Shown piece by piece: positions 1 to 12,400 of a stretch of DNA of 64,000 nt; the stretch's first letter is position 1; each line of letters starts with the position of its first letter. This DNA comes from Styela clava (taxonomy: Eukaryota): assembly GCF_964204865.1 (NCBI RefSeq), contig NC_135251.1, positions 620,001 through 684,000 on the forward strand, written 5' to 3'. The notes beneath the pieces were generated by a model. That model saw only the letters and a program-made list of their open reading frames with translations, was not told where the DNA came from and did not search any database. Both the position numbers and the translations under genes were made by a program.

Positions 1-270
1 GTATTTGACAACGGAACGTTACGCATATTCTTATGGGCGTGAAGATCTAACGCGATGCTACATCAAACTTTCAGGATCCACGGCTCGTTTCAAAAACTTT
101 AAGCATTCGTGCTCTTCTATAAAAAGATCAGTTTCAGATCGTACCTATCAGTTATTTCATGCCCCACGTTTAATATTGAAAAGCCAACAAACGAAAACAA
201 AAGAGTAAATGAAACAATAACAGTTGATTTACTCAACGTTGATTTACAAATTACTGCGGTCACCGGGAAC
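1..270 (+). pseudogene. FGF-like copy, C-terminal half (5' part outside window)
   Basis: VFDNGTLRI / CYIKL / FKHSC-LFYKKISFRSYLSV..FNIEKPTNENKRVN across frameshifts; nucleotide similarity to 52940-53000(-). Confidence 0.65.
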
Positions 271-411
271 GGTACCTATAGTGAAAGACTGATCGTGCCC
301 CACCGAGGATCGCTCTGTTGCTCCCTTGATGGGCTGAGGACCCAGTTTAGAAAACTTTGGTCTAGCTAGAGTACCGACAATTTGTAGTTCAAAGATCTCT
401 AGTTTAAAGAG

Positions 412-3076
412 TCATCCAGTTTGTTTCAAGTACCGATGGGTTAAGCTCCCTTGCCGAGATTATTAGAAAAGGAACGCTCCGCGATATGGGAGGCCCGCGA
501 GACGATTGATACCAGATTAATAAAGTGACACATTTGACACATATGTTGCTATCGCGTTATGTGCGGTCATAATGCCATATTGACCACATCAATTAGTCAG
601 AGATTATAAAAGACTTTCCGCCAAACTTACGCCGCCCACACTGAACAACTTCCTCTGTAAAAATATGCGAAAAAGGGAATTTATTTCAATACCAACCGAT
701 AACCTACGTGAATACAACGAATACCTACATGTGTGGAAACCGTAAATGCCTTAATGTCTCGATCAAATGTAAAATATTTGTTTTAGGCTGCGGCATGATA
801 TCAGTTTGACATTAAATCGTAGGGAGTGTCTCCATCCGGATAGCGAAACCAAAATTTCAATGAAATCATGCAAATTGGTTCCTAGAAAGGATTAGAACTC
901 TAAATTTTTAACTTTAACCTGTGATGCGACACAATTAAGTCTGACGCTTTTACCACCAGGCCATCTAACCAAAGTAGGTTTGATTTTATTGCAAAATCTT
1001 ACTCGAGCGTTTGTCCTACTTATACGATTAATCACTGACTTTTTTAAATGAATGAAATATAAAACAATATTTTCGTGTCACATCTTTGAATCTAAATAAA
1101 GATTTTGATAATGAGTTAAATAATTTGATGGAGAGGAATAGGAACCATAAAGTGCAAATAAATTAATACGTGATCCCTGGCGCCATATGGTCTGAAAGTG
1201 GATATCTGACATATTGAAATTTAGGGATAGATGGATGTATGGTTAAATTCAGCATTTGAACGGCTTCTTCTATAGAGGGTTATATGGCTGCCATATCGAC
1301 ATCGGGTTAGGAAAAGGGATGGATATATGGTAAGGTACTATCTATAATATCTATCGTCTGATCTGTGTGCTATTGGGCTGTATTATAAACAGCGTCGCAA
1401 GTGAAGTAAGTTTGACAAAACTTGTTCTGATTCCTAACAAAAGCGCTCGGAGATGAATGAAAACTTGCTATGCGTTAGCGTTTCGGTAATTAACAAGTAA
1501 TTACTCTCGCTAAGAAACTGTACAAATAATATGGAGAAATTCTTAGGTATTTTTAAAATTCTGTTTTTTTTTACGCAAACGTATCGCGTTGTCTCGTGAA
1601 ATAATTTATATCAGGTGATAGACACTGTGGAAAATTATGATATGTTTACTAACATCTTGCAGTATTTCTATAAATTCACTTTATTTAGATACGTCGCGAG
1701 ATAATATTGATTTAAACTCTCTAAAAAATGAAGAATGATGCAGAAAATTTATCTATTTTCTGATCTTCCTGGTGTAGACGAAAATAACGTGAAATTGCAA
1801 GTAATTTTAACAAAATTATTTACAGTGTTTAAAAATATCTGTAATTTTCTTGAACTTGCAGAACCCGTCGTAATTGTCTCCCACTCCTTCAGAAAAACGC
1901 GTTTTTAGCGAATTTCGTCATATTTATGGAAAATCATTTGGTGTGTTAGTCACGGTGACACGCCTGTACCTTGTAAAATCTTTGAGAGACAAACAGGAGG
2001 TTCCCGAATAAAAATATAAGTAAACAAACAACATGCAAAGATCGGGACTTCACGCTTATATTTGATAAAATTTCATTATTACAATGCTCTTAATACTCAA
2101 TATAGCAATGCTTAAACATATGGACACGAAAGACACACATAGCTGGAGATTTTTACCAGGTTTATTCATATTAATATATGCATAACTGGTGAAAATAGTT
2201 TACCCGTCGTTTTGACTATAGATATACACATTCGAATGCAGACAAACTTCATCTGGCTACCTGGGAAATTTTCAATTCTCGCGTAAATCGCGTTTTTCTG
2301 AAGCCGAAATTAATTCAGTCAATCAATATACTCTAATATGACATTATATCCGATTTATTTTAATCTTAATCTTTGTTTTGTAAACACAACCGACAGCCGA
2401 AAGGTTCCGACTTTGGTCCTTGTCAACAAATACTTCACAGGATCAGCTACGATAAGCAAAACATATTGACTACTTCATGAAAAACGAAAAGATTTTTATC
2501 AGGTAAAAGAAACACAATTTGTTATGATTTATAAATCACTTTCCAAAGGTTTATTAGAACAAACTTTCATGAACACCAATAACGAGATAAATATTTACTA
2601 AGTTAGAAAGGAAACTGGTTCATATTGCTTGCTCTGATTTATGTATTTTCGTTTTAATTGGAGAAATTTAGTGTTAAATTCAGTTTTATCTAAGTTTTAC
2701 TTTTCAGTTTTGTTGTTTAACATTTTTATTAAACATAGGATAAGATCATTAATAACACGATACTTTTCACAGTCCTCTCGCTCCGATCAAGGCTATTCGC
2801 CACTGCTACGTAAGGACTCGCTTTATTTGAGAAAAACTGAAATATTTTCGATTCAGTTTCCGCTTCCTTATTTAACACATCCTTGATGCTGGTGAGAATG
2901 GAATTTGGGAGGCCCCAAGATTTTAACCAGTGATGGTAACATACATAGCCGAGTCTAAAGCTTACACCACCAGGCCATCGCGACCACCTTGAAACATCGC
3001 CAACCGTCTTTCGCGATAAACAACAAATTTGGTCGAGAAACATTAAAAGCAGACATTTCGGAAGAGCTATTCTCAT
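412..3076 (-). pseudogene. Multi-exon FGF8/17/18-like pseudogene
   Basis: Exon 1 3076-~2758: signal MRIALPKCLLLMFLDQICC, ESKIFQFFSNKASPYVAVAN, ARG/EDCEKY. Exon 2260-2187: GSQMKF..NVYI..GKLF. Exon 654-412 after ttttacag: GINRLAGLPYRGA..SRQG..YLKQ with stops. Confidence 0.75.
1249..1620 (+). pseudogene. FGF-like copy nested antisense in an intron of the 412-3076 copy
   Basis: AFERLLL*RV..MVRYYL*Y; ALGDE*KL..RFGN*QV; SRCLVK*. Confidence 0.5.
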
Positions 3077-3509
3077 ATCATTCGAAAACTTGTTCTCTTC
3101 TGAGTTGAACGTGCAATGACCGCAAAACATTTTACGTTTTAAATTTAACCATCAGTTTAACGGATAATTAAAGCGACGTCTGCCCAAATGACTTAATTTC
3201 AGTGAGAAATACAAGAAATATTCCGCCATTTTTCTTATTTGTCACAAAATTGACGACATTCGATTTTAAATTATTGTGATTAAACAGGTTTTGAACTTTC
3301 CACATCTGGTAAATTTCATTCCAAACATTTCACTTTGTCACGCGATAGTTTGGCAACAGGAGTATTTATTTGTCATCGCCTTATTAAATTATAATTAATC
3401 GTGTTTAGTGCATAAATGAGCAGTTCACATATTCACACTTCTACGTTTGGGTCTAGCTTCATAGCTTTCTGTATTTCTGCTCTACCGTTTTTTGTATTTC
3501 TCTGTTTAA

Positions 3510-4425
3510 CCCTCCCACAGCCGGTAAGCCCATATGGGCTTTTCAGCGCTATTAAGGCTAGCTCATGGTAACCTACTGTTACTATCGCTCTTAGCTGTTT
3601 ATTGACGTAATGCCCTGGTATGAGAGAAGCGATAAAACCTTCCAGCCGTGACGCAAAGTGCGAATCGTATATATAGCGTGGATTTCAAAATTGCCTGTCA
3701 GACGTCTGAAAATGTCGACTCAGCTCAGACAGGAAATACTCCTTTATAACGACTTATTATTGTTTTAGCATGTATTTTCAGTCATACTAACCATCCCTGA
3801 CCATCCCTGGCGCTGTGTTGTTTTGATAAATATGATTTCGACTGCTCCTTAGTTGGCAGAGGTATGGAGATTTTTTGTATGTAAAAAAAACGTAAAATTA
3901 ATGGTAATTTTACCGCGTAAATGTGCGTATGGGATTGTTTACGTCGTTCTACGCGCATTTCCGTCGAAAAAATTTAATTTTTTTGCATTGGGGGTGGTCT
4001 GTGCAGTAATAATAAGAGCTGTGACGTCATCAATATCGGTAATTTGACCTTGAACTTGACAATACTGTAAATACAATTGTGAATTTCAGAGTAATAACCA
4101 TTTATGCTATAATAGTCGTTTTGGTATTGTTATGTTAGGAAAAACTTGACGAAAACGTTGAAGAAAAAATTAATTAATTAGGAATTAATTATTAACCCTC
4201 TACTGTACACAAAATATTTCAAAGTTCAATTTTTTTTTAAAAATTTTTGAAATTTTTTTGCAAAAAATTTTTTTCGATGAGTGTGTTTTAAAGATATATT
4301 GCTGAATAGAACTCTAGCAGACGCTTTCAAAAAGCCATGAGTTAAGATTTAGGGCTTAATGGTTGACAAAAAAAATAGGTTTAAAAAGACCCCTAAAATG
4401 GTCAGGGATTTGAGCTGTCCGAAGG
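3510..4425. mobile_element. piggyBac-like non-autonomous element
   Basis: TTAA on both sides (3506-3509, 4426-4429); imperfect TIR CCCTCCCACAGC / GCTGTCCGAAGG (9/12); no transposase ORF. Confidence 0.65.
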
Positions 4426-4624
4426 TTAATGACATAACAATACACATTTGTCTGACGGTATTGTGAGGGCTACATATGTCATTACCTATAAGTTCCAACT
4501 AACTTTACTTTACTCAGGAACATCAATCGGTAAGTAACAATGTGTTTTTATAAATTTATTGTAGGGCTCCGTAAATAATAGCCAAGCTCTTCACGGGCTC
4601 CATAACAACGAAAGTTTGATAACC

Positions 4625-4850
4625 CTTTGACCATGCCATCATTTGGCTTTAAATGACCAAACAAACTTGGCACTAAAGTTCCATATCATTTATTACATCG
4701 TATTAACTATGCGGAAGAAGTGTTGAATTGACATCAATCATGATCACAGCTATTTAATTGACTTTTCTTTGAACCTGCAGGAACTTCATACTTCAAACGA
4801 ATGAATATTTCAGTTATGACGAAATTATAATCGGTATACGACGCGAAATA
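4625..4850 (+). pseudogene. FGF-like fragment
   Basis: PFDH, NKLGTKVPYHLLHR..EVLN, then after an acceptor NFILQTNEYFS. Confidence 0.4.
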
Positions 4851-5297
4851 AAAAAAATTCCCCGAAACACTGCGGACACATAAGCGGTGTCCACTTGCAA
4901 GCACATACGCACAGATTCTTAACGGGAGCCAGGGATGGGGTTCGACATTAGCATGTGTTATTAACTGGAGTCAACGAATCATGTGTTATACAAAGACGTA
5001 AACCTACTCTTTTTAAAATTTGCAAATACTAATTTATTTATTACTGAAATAGCAGTAAAAATCAATACATTGCGTCTCAACCTCAAACACAATACCAAAC
5101 ATTTTAATAAATCTTTAGCCAAACGAAAGAATTTTGCGGCACACATCAAACACTTTCGCGGTACACTAGCGCGCCATGGCACACAGTTTGAAAGCTCGGA
5201 TATTGGGAAACGACGCGCTTATAACGTCGGGGAAATAAACTCAAAACAAATACCTCCCGCGAATCGCATTTTGTGCTACATAACAGTTAGTTTTAGA

Positions 5298-5654
5298 TCA
5301 GAAAGTTGAACCTACCAGATAAGGGTCATCGCTGTTCTTCAGGCATCGGTCCATGCATTGGAATTTCGCTGAATCGTCTTTTTGAACGTTGTATAGCGTT
5401 CCATCCCTCCTCCACGGCGTCGAGAAAGTAGTGTGGGCCGTTCCTTGTGGCTTATAACACGTATTACTGCAAACTTGATTAACTTGCAAGCAAACGCTTC
5501 GACAGACTCTCGTGGCGCTTCCACTATTTGGTTGCCCCGAGTAATGGCGCTTGAAATCGACGGCAGGTCCCGCGGATCCTTCCATTACCATTGATAATAT
5601 AAATAATAGGTTGATTGCTTTAGTACTGCTTCCCATGGTCTGTGTGATTTCCAT
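5298..5654 (-). CDS. Open 118-aa secreted Cys-rich ORF derived from an FGF18-like copy (possibly a pseudogene that remains open)
   Basis: ATG, hydrophobic leader, VDFKRHYSGQ (cf. FGF18 VDFRIHVENQ), LQVNQVCSNTCYK. FGF motifs continue in other frames past the stop (TKCDSREV..Y..SQYP, ~5270-5200). TATA-like element upstream. Confidence 0.5.
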   Translation of the reverse strand: MEITQTMGSSTKAINLLFILSMVMEGSAGPAVDFKRHYSGQPNSGSATRVCRSVCLQVNQVCSNTCYKPQGTAHTTFSTPWRRDGTLYNVQKDDSAKFQCMDRCLKNSDDPYLVGSTF

Positions 5655-5894
5655 TGTATTTATTATTATAAATAGTAAGTATATATATTTTATATTTGAA
5701 TTAAATGCTAAAAAACATAAGGTGCAAGAATGCTACCATAATTAGTTGGTGTTTGGGACCACACATTGCTATTCATAACCTACTGCCTATATGGCAGCCT
5801 AATAGGCCTACGGGGAGAAGGCAATTCAAATGGCGATCGGGGCCATTTCGTTAATTAATTATCATATTAATAATTTATTATCACCGTATTAAAT

Positions 5895-6010
5895 ATGCGG
5901 AGAAGTGTAGAATTGGTATTTCTAACCTACTGCCAAAATGGCTGCTCAATAGCCTTCAACAGACGACGCTATTCAAATTGCGATTCTAGCCTATTATTTA
6001 GTCGTTTTCA
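5895..6010 (+). pseudogene. FGF-like fragment (first strands)
   Basis: RRSVELVFLTYCQNGCSIAFN..LFSRF resembles the FGF LYC.NG motif. Confidence 0.4.
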
Positions 6011-6210
6011 TCACTCCCGGCGAATAGAAACCAGAAAATCAGACTTTCCCGACTCTGATATAGTTTTTGTTCTTCAGTAGTCGTTTGTAAGTTTTCTATT
6101 AATATTAATATTCCACATTCGATATGGAGGCACCCATTGCTTTGGGTAAACCTGTGTATACTACTTGGCTTGTAGAACAAACACGATTGGTTATACCCGA
6201 AGTAATTCAA
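6011..6210 (-). pseudogene. FGF terminal exon, disrupted
   Basis: Phase-0 acceptor ttatgtag then LNYFGYNQSCLFYK; frameshifted YTQV..RMWNININRK..*RTKT..KSDFL. Confidence 0.75.
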
Positions 6211-7439
6211 CTACATAAAAAAGCAAATTCGTAAACACTAAGTGACGAATATTCAATTTCAATTGATTTATTATTTAAAGCATCCAACGCTGTGACATAC
6301 ATATGCAGCACTGCCGCAAGTAACTCGATATCTCAGTAAACTTTCACGATTGAAATCTAATACGTCCGCTCTGTGAGATGTTCGGGAACGAAATGATATC
6401 GAGAACGATTGAAAGGTTGTTTTGTTCGGCAAAATCTCTCATAATATGGAACTACGTAATTGTTGTGACTGAATCATAAAAAAATTTATAAATTCAATGG
6501 AGTTTCAGCGTAATTGAAAATTCCGGTTTATATTTAGGTCGTCTACTCTTGTAACATAAAAAGTAAATATTAAAAAACTTTTATCTAGACCAGCGATTCT
6601 AAATCAGCCATTTCTTTTGGTATACGAAGAGCTGCGACTCCGACTTATGCCTTTGATATTACATCAGGCGTTTCATGATCATGTGGGAGACCGTTGTAGC
6701 ACTAAAAAGTAAAGATTTCTTTGCTGATTGCTTTCTTTAAATTTCCGTCAGCCCCGTTGCAGAACAAAAAGGAGACTACAAAGAAGTTACAAACGTTTTA
6801 ACGTAATTCATTATCAGTACTTCCTAAAAATTTGCCATATTGCAGTCCATTATGTTTTGATTCAAAACAAACACGTATATTCTTAGAGGCGTCTATGAGC
6901 AAGGCTCTAGCCCAGTGGTTCTCACCTGTGCGTCGCGTAGGGTCTCGTCACATTTGTGTTAGTGCTCAGCATAACTTTTGAATCACATAAAATAGGTAAA
7001 TCATGCTACACCATCCTCACGCATATGAATCCACTCTAGTGAAATACAGAACAGTAGATGAACAGACTCAACCGCAAATGTCGTTCAATTTAGTAATTTT
7101 TTTACCTGCTTTTGGGCCACGTTGCATATATACACGTTTTTTTACCACGCTAAAGTCCTAAATATTATTCATATTTCGCACAGCTTAGATTAGACGCTCA
7201 ATTAAAGAATTTCTGTTGAAAATATTTTTAACGCATACGGCGCTTAATAGATGAGATCAATTATTTAGAACGCCATGAAATAAAATAATTACACTACATA
7301 GCAAGAATATACAAAACAGAAATTAGGAGAAATTGTTAAAATTTCGAATAAGACATAAAAGTACCACATGGGCAATCTCACCTTGTGATATGGAACGCAA
7401 AAGAACAACCGCACATATGACCACAATAAAAACCAAACG

Positions 7440-7890
7440 CGAGCTATTTATAGACAAATGCGTGTTCAACTATTTTAGTATAAATGCGATCGGGTTCAGT
7501 CACCGGACATAGCATGGATTTACACATAGTTGCGCAAGCGATAACACGCCTTCGCCTTCAAAAACAATCTGTGTACTGAAACGAGGTTTATTTATACCGG
7601 CGCTGGATTCCTCTTCAAGAGGTTACATTGTCCTAATTAATACTGTATTCAACGCGACTGATGGCAATGAATACCTGCATTTTGATTTGATGTTACGTTA
7701 AATTAAAATACCGTTCATTTTTGGGACGTGCTGGTCAAATTAGTAATATCTCAAACTTGTCTCGTTTTCCTGGCTTCCTTTCTCTGACCATCTTGACTTC
7801 TTGAATGATATCTTGTCTCTTGTTAATCGTCATCTAATTGCGTTTCTTGTAGGGATGATTTAATACTCGGATTGGGAATCGGTTTCAAAT
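7440..7890 (-). pseudogene. Intronless FGF8/17/18-like copy
   Basis: Acidic pro-region, RQV* (CGA>TGA would restore RQVR), FDQHV + 17 aa + YSL (same spacing as FGF8 FTQHV..YQL), TQIVFEGEGVLSLAQLCVNPCYV. Confidence 0.7.
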
Positions 7891-8234
7891 AGTATTTATG
7901 ATTAACTGTGTTCTTAAGCGAACATAATAATCATTCCGTCTATCAAATAAAACATTTAGAAACTTTTAAATCACCTAACATTAAATATGCTGCATCTGAA
8001 TAGAGAAACTTTTGTAATTTTATTTAAGCATTCGATTAAATCTTAGTGCGAACATGGATTCAAATAATTTGCATTTTCTTTTGTTGTTCGATTAATCTCA
8101 AACAAATCAGTCTGCGGATTGAAAACCTTGGCTGAAAATATACAAAACTAAACAAAGCGTATGCACCTGTGCTGATGAAAACTTGATAAATTTCAACAGA
8201 AGTCATTGTTACTTTATAAATTCATGTCTAAACA

Positions 8235-8483
8235 ATCTTTGATATAATTTAACGCCGTCGTTCAGCTTTGCTCTACAAATTCAGTAAACAATCTATTTAC
8301 CAGCAAAAACAGAATTTCGTTTCCCTTCAGGACGAGCGACTCAATGACAAAATAGAATCGAATTTAGTGGGCAATGCCGAACCTCTAAGATTCCTGCCGT
8401 TCAAAAATATTTTAGCTTCTAACATAACCCCCTCTTTATTAACCGTCTCCCCAAGACTCATCATTTGTGGCCCAATGCTTTAA
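8235..8483 (+). pseudogene. FGF-like copy
   Basis: FDII*RRRSALLYKFSKQSIYQQKQNFVSLQDERLN..RLIICG. Confidence 0.45.
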
Positions 8484-9672
8484 CGCGATTTCATCCGTTA
8501 TTTTATTCGCCATATTTGATGATAAAAAGTGAACACCATTACAGTCGAAAAATTAAACAAATTACAGTAAATTAACTTTAAATTGTTAATGTTGTCATCG
8601 CGAATGGTAACTAACTTGGTAACTTCACCTGTGACCCCAAGAGCAGTGGTTCTGAAATTTTTTTTTTCGCGACTCAAATTTTCATAAATTCAAAGACTAC
8701 AGATACTCGTGACCCCACAGCCAGAAACGTTCAGCAACTTAAAAAATCTGTGTACTCAGTTCAATAATCTCAACGGGAACCCGTGTATCGACTGCAAGTG
8801 AACGTGGACTGTCAACATTGGCCCAAAATATCTGGGCGAGCCAGGCAATGCGCCGGAAAAAACGGGGAATCCTCAGAAAGCATCGTATGTAAACCATGGT
8901 GTAAAAATCTCTGATATCAGAATTATAACGGTTCCCTGGCGAAACATAGACGGATTTTTTAACGAATAAAACGTGATAGATTGTAAGGAAACGTACGATA
9001 CTTCGGAAATAGTAAGATTGCTTCTAAATAAATATGAATTTAAAATCTCATTTGATATATTTCAGCAGCGTCTTTTGCATACTTAGTTCAATGTTAACAT
9101 ATTTTAATTTCTCCATTATTATTTTGGAAGTAAAACAGAGCATGTAAGTAAAATATACGAAAAAAGGGAAAGATGTCACATCTTATCAAGTGCCTTTTAT
9201 TATGCTAGAATTTATTGCGGTTCTGTGTTTGGCTGACTAGAACGCTACGAAATTATGTATGAAACGTTGACCAAGGTAAATATTTCAATACGAAAGTGTT
9301 CACTTCTATTTTTTTAAGGCGATGTGGACAAAAACACGTAGACTACTCAAAGATTTCAGACACGTGCGCGAAATACCAAAGTGCTTTCGCAACAGATAGA
9401 AACCTAAACTGTGATTACTAGGCCAAAACACTGACTGGCATACTTGTTGATACCATACTTGCCAAACATCTAATTAAGGGCCAATCGCCAAATAAAGCAA
9501 TTTTGTTATGTATATTCAATAATCAAGCGACTACACTGGTACAAAATAGCAAACCAACATAGTTTCTCGCAACCTGGCAAAAAAATACGGTTTGAGGAAC
9601 GGGGCGGGTTGGGACCATTGGTTTAGTTTGCAGTTTTTAATGAATAAAAAGATAAGGACTGAGGTGACTTAC

Positions 9673-10203
9673 CCATTCGGATGTAACATGATGAAAAAAA
9701 CTATAAAACAGAAAATATTATTGGCGCTCATGACACTGTCACTTAATTGCATCTGCTAATACCCGTGGACAACACACACATTCTACTTTCCTTTTACCTT
9801 GTGTGCTTCCTACATCAGATCCATATGTAAGGGTTACCACTGGGATACTTGACGGAGATAGTCTCGAATAACAAATACCGCGTACTCCCCGTTATTTTGC
9901 GAAAATATATTCGAAACTTCGGCCTAACTTTTTGTTTTCTTCTGACCAAACTTAACTCGGATCGAACCGCTATTTCTTCTAAACGTCTAAATATATATTC
10001 AGAATCTTTTGTAAGGATATCTTCAACCAACAATGTGATTTGGCAAGTGTCTATTAGTTCCAAGTTCCAAGGTACCGTGTATTGAACGGCCTTTCTTCTT
10101 GTTTACTTTCTACTTCGGATCCGTGTGTGGTGGCTGCCACAAGGATGCTTAAACGAGTTAGTACTAAAGTGATGAATGAGACTAAAATAATCTCTTTCCA
10201 CGT
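9673..10203 (-). pseudogene. FGF-like exon 1 (10203-9798) plus 28-nt mini-exon (9700-9673)
   Basis: (ACG)WKEIILVSFITLVLTRLSILVAA leader; KFRIYF..TRYLL..PSGN-TYGSDVG; donor gtaaaa; mini-exon tag|VFFIMLHPNG|gtaagt. Confidence 0.6.
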
Positions 10204-11489
10204 ACGTTATTTTGTGGAAAGAAATTGTTTACTCTCAGTTCCCAAGTCTTATCCTAAGTTTACTCATTTCCTGAAACTATTAGATAACGTAACCATTGCA
10301 ATAATATTGCCAAACTCTCGAGTCACGTTCATGAACTTTTAATCTATCTGCAGTGATTGATACGCCAGCTAATTGAACGCCATTTATAGAGCAAAGGCAA
10401 AGAGCCAATCTTGAATTACGCGCGAATTCTGTTTTTGTTCTGGAAAATGTAGACACGTCTTTGATTAATAACTATAGGGGCATCTCTTACATTAATTTCT
10501 ATTCTATATGTATGTCTGCATTCAGTGCTTGCCTATGCAAACTGCAACCAATGCGGTTGCAGTGGGCGCCGTAATTCCTGGGGCTTCCGCTTTAACTGGG
10601 TGTAACTTATTACATTTAACTATTATAAGTTATAATCGGGTATATGTCAGCGTCTTTTTTCTCCGCCTATTCTGTCACGAAGTAAAGATACTTTAATCGT
10701 CATTATATACTCAGTTAAAATTGATAAAATGTAAAGATGAATTATTAGCTTTCTATTTATTTATTATTCCTATCTATATCGTTAAGGCCGGCATTGTTTG
10801 ACCAATGTAACTTATATAATTCAGCTCATTTATTTTATACACGCAATGCTATATTTATTTCCTATTCATCCATTGTTCTCGTCTCTACCCCGAGATGTAA
10901 TTCATTTCGCATAGGTCCCCAGAATAGTTAAGTCTGGCCCTGCCTTGAATGACAGGTTTTCACAGAAAATGTCACAATCCTTTAATAGCTTCCACCGTTA
11001 CAAATTTAATGATTTCCTTTTACGACAACACCTATGCATGATTGATTATAGATCAGGTATGCCAGATCACGTTGTCGTACTAAAATAATACACGACATTT
11101 CCTGACGTGTTGTAACCACTTTACAAAGTATTTAAATATCTTTCCGTGATTCCGGATAAGGAAATTGTCAGTCACATATACCAAGCTTGGGTTGTTTTGT
11201 TAGATAAGGTAGTTTAAACAAAATATTTTTTATACGTACTCGTTAGTTACTGGCATCTATGTCGCCCTAATAAACCAAAATATTACATTAAACGTGGTAT
11301 ATCTGCCGCAAGACTAATTTTAAGAGCGTGTCAGAGGACGTTTTCAACCTCTTTTACTTATAGTTGACCAGGCGACCTTGTGTTTAGTGAACTTACTTTT
11401 TTATTTATTCATGTATTTCAGACGCTTAACTAATGGCAAAATAAAAACACGAATCACAAAATATGAATGAAAAGTTTATAAAACATACA

Positions 11490-11866
11490 ATAAAGTAAGC
11501 TTGAGGCTCAAAAGTCAAACGAATGATATTCTCCATGAAACATTGACAAGCGCGCAAAGTCCGCAACGCCTGCCTTTACCAATAATCCATAACTCATTCA
11601 CACCGATTTCTCAGCATTGAGTAACGTTTTTTCCTGTTCTAGTTCTCATAGTTGAAAATTTAATAAATCTCACCAACTGACCACCCCCACTCTCATTTCT
11701 ATTTATCGGGACTTCGATTGTTATTGAACAAGCATGCGACGCGCCCTCCAGCCTGTGAATCACCTATACACACTCGAAACATTTTCAAACTCACTTGCTT
11801 CAAATCGTTTATGTATTTATATAGAGTGGTTTCTCTTGCATTAGACTTGGACAACCTCTGCAACAT
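11490..11866 (-). pseudogene. Intronless FGF8/17/18-like copy
   Basis: RLSKSNARETTLYKYINDLKQV (cf. QLSRRQIREYQLY); later GKGRRC-DF..GEYHSF. Confidence 0.6.
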
Positions 11867-11940
11867 TTCAGTTAATCGAGTCAGACATTTTCAGACAAGC
11901 AGTTTAACAGACGAACGTTACATGATAAAAATTGTGAAAG

Positions 11941-12048
11941 ATGTTTGAACCACTTAAAATATCCGTTCTGATTCTTGCTACAGTATTCTTGAAATTAGCA
12001 CATACGGATCTACGAACACTAAGACAGAGAGAAAGGAGCAGAAGTTAG
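11941..12048 (+). other. Leader-module copy with intact ATG (signal peptide plus basic propeptide)
   Basis: MFEPLKISVLILATVFLKLAHT-DLRTLRQRERSR, possible donor gttagg; member of the ~120-bp repeat family. Confidence 0.65.
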
Positions 12049-12400
12049 GCACATGCTACTTTTGGGTGGTAGCTGACTCAGATGACCGTAATCGTTACCT
12101 CCATGTCATATCGAAAACTTTTGATTCTCTTATTATGTTATCATTATTTTTTCCTGGTTGTATGTATTTCCTGGTTGACGAAACAATAAATTCTCTCTCT
12201 CTCTTCAATAACTACTCAATATGGTCATTTAGATTCTTCCTATCCTTGCATTCAGTGTATACAGAAAAAAAGCAGTGGTTAGTAACACGTTGCACAAAAC
12301 AAATTTCTGTGTTTGTTGCTCAAATTCTGTACTAAACATTCTCGGAAGAGATCTTATCAAACTTGTTAAAGCTTGTTTACAATAAACATCAAATCCATTA

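Noticed and set aside
2820-2870. ETESKIFQFF resembles the clavanin precursor (EEEKVFQFL)
   Set aside because: The context fits FGF8 RTYQLYS..V.VLAN and downstream FGF exons; there is no His-rich amphipathic peptide.
9815-9920. IL-1-like F..GST..FE..YP signature
   Set aside because: Better explained as FGF N-terminal strands followed by an exon-1 donor; no other IL-1 features.
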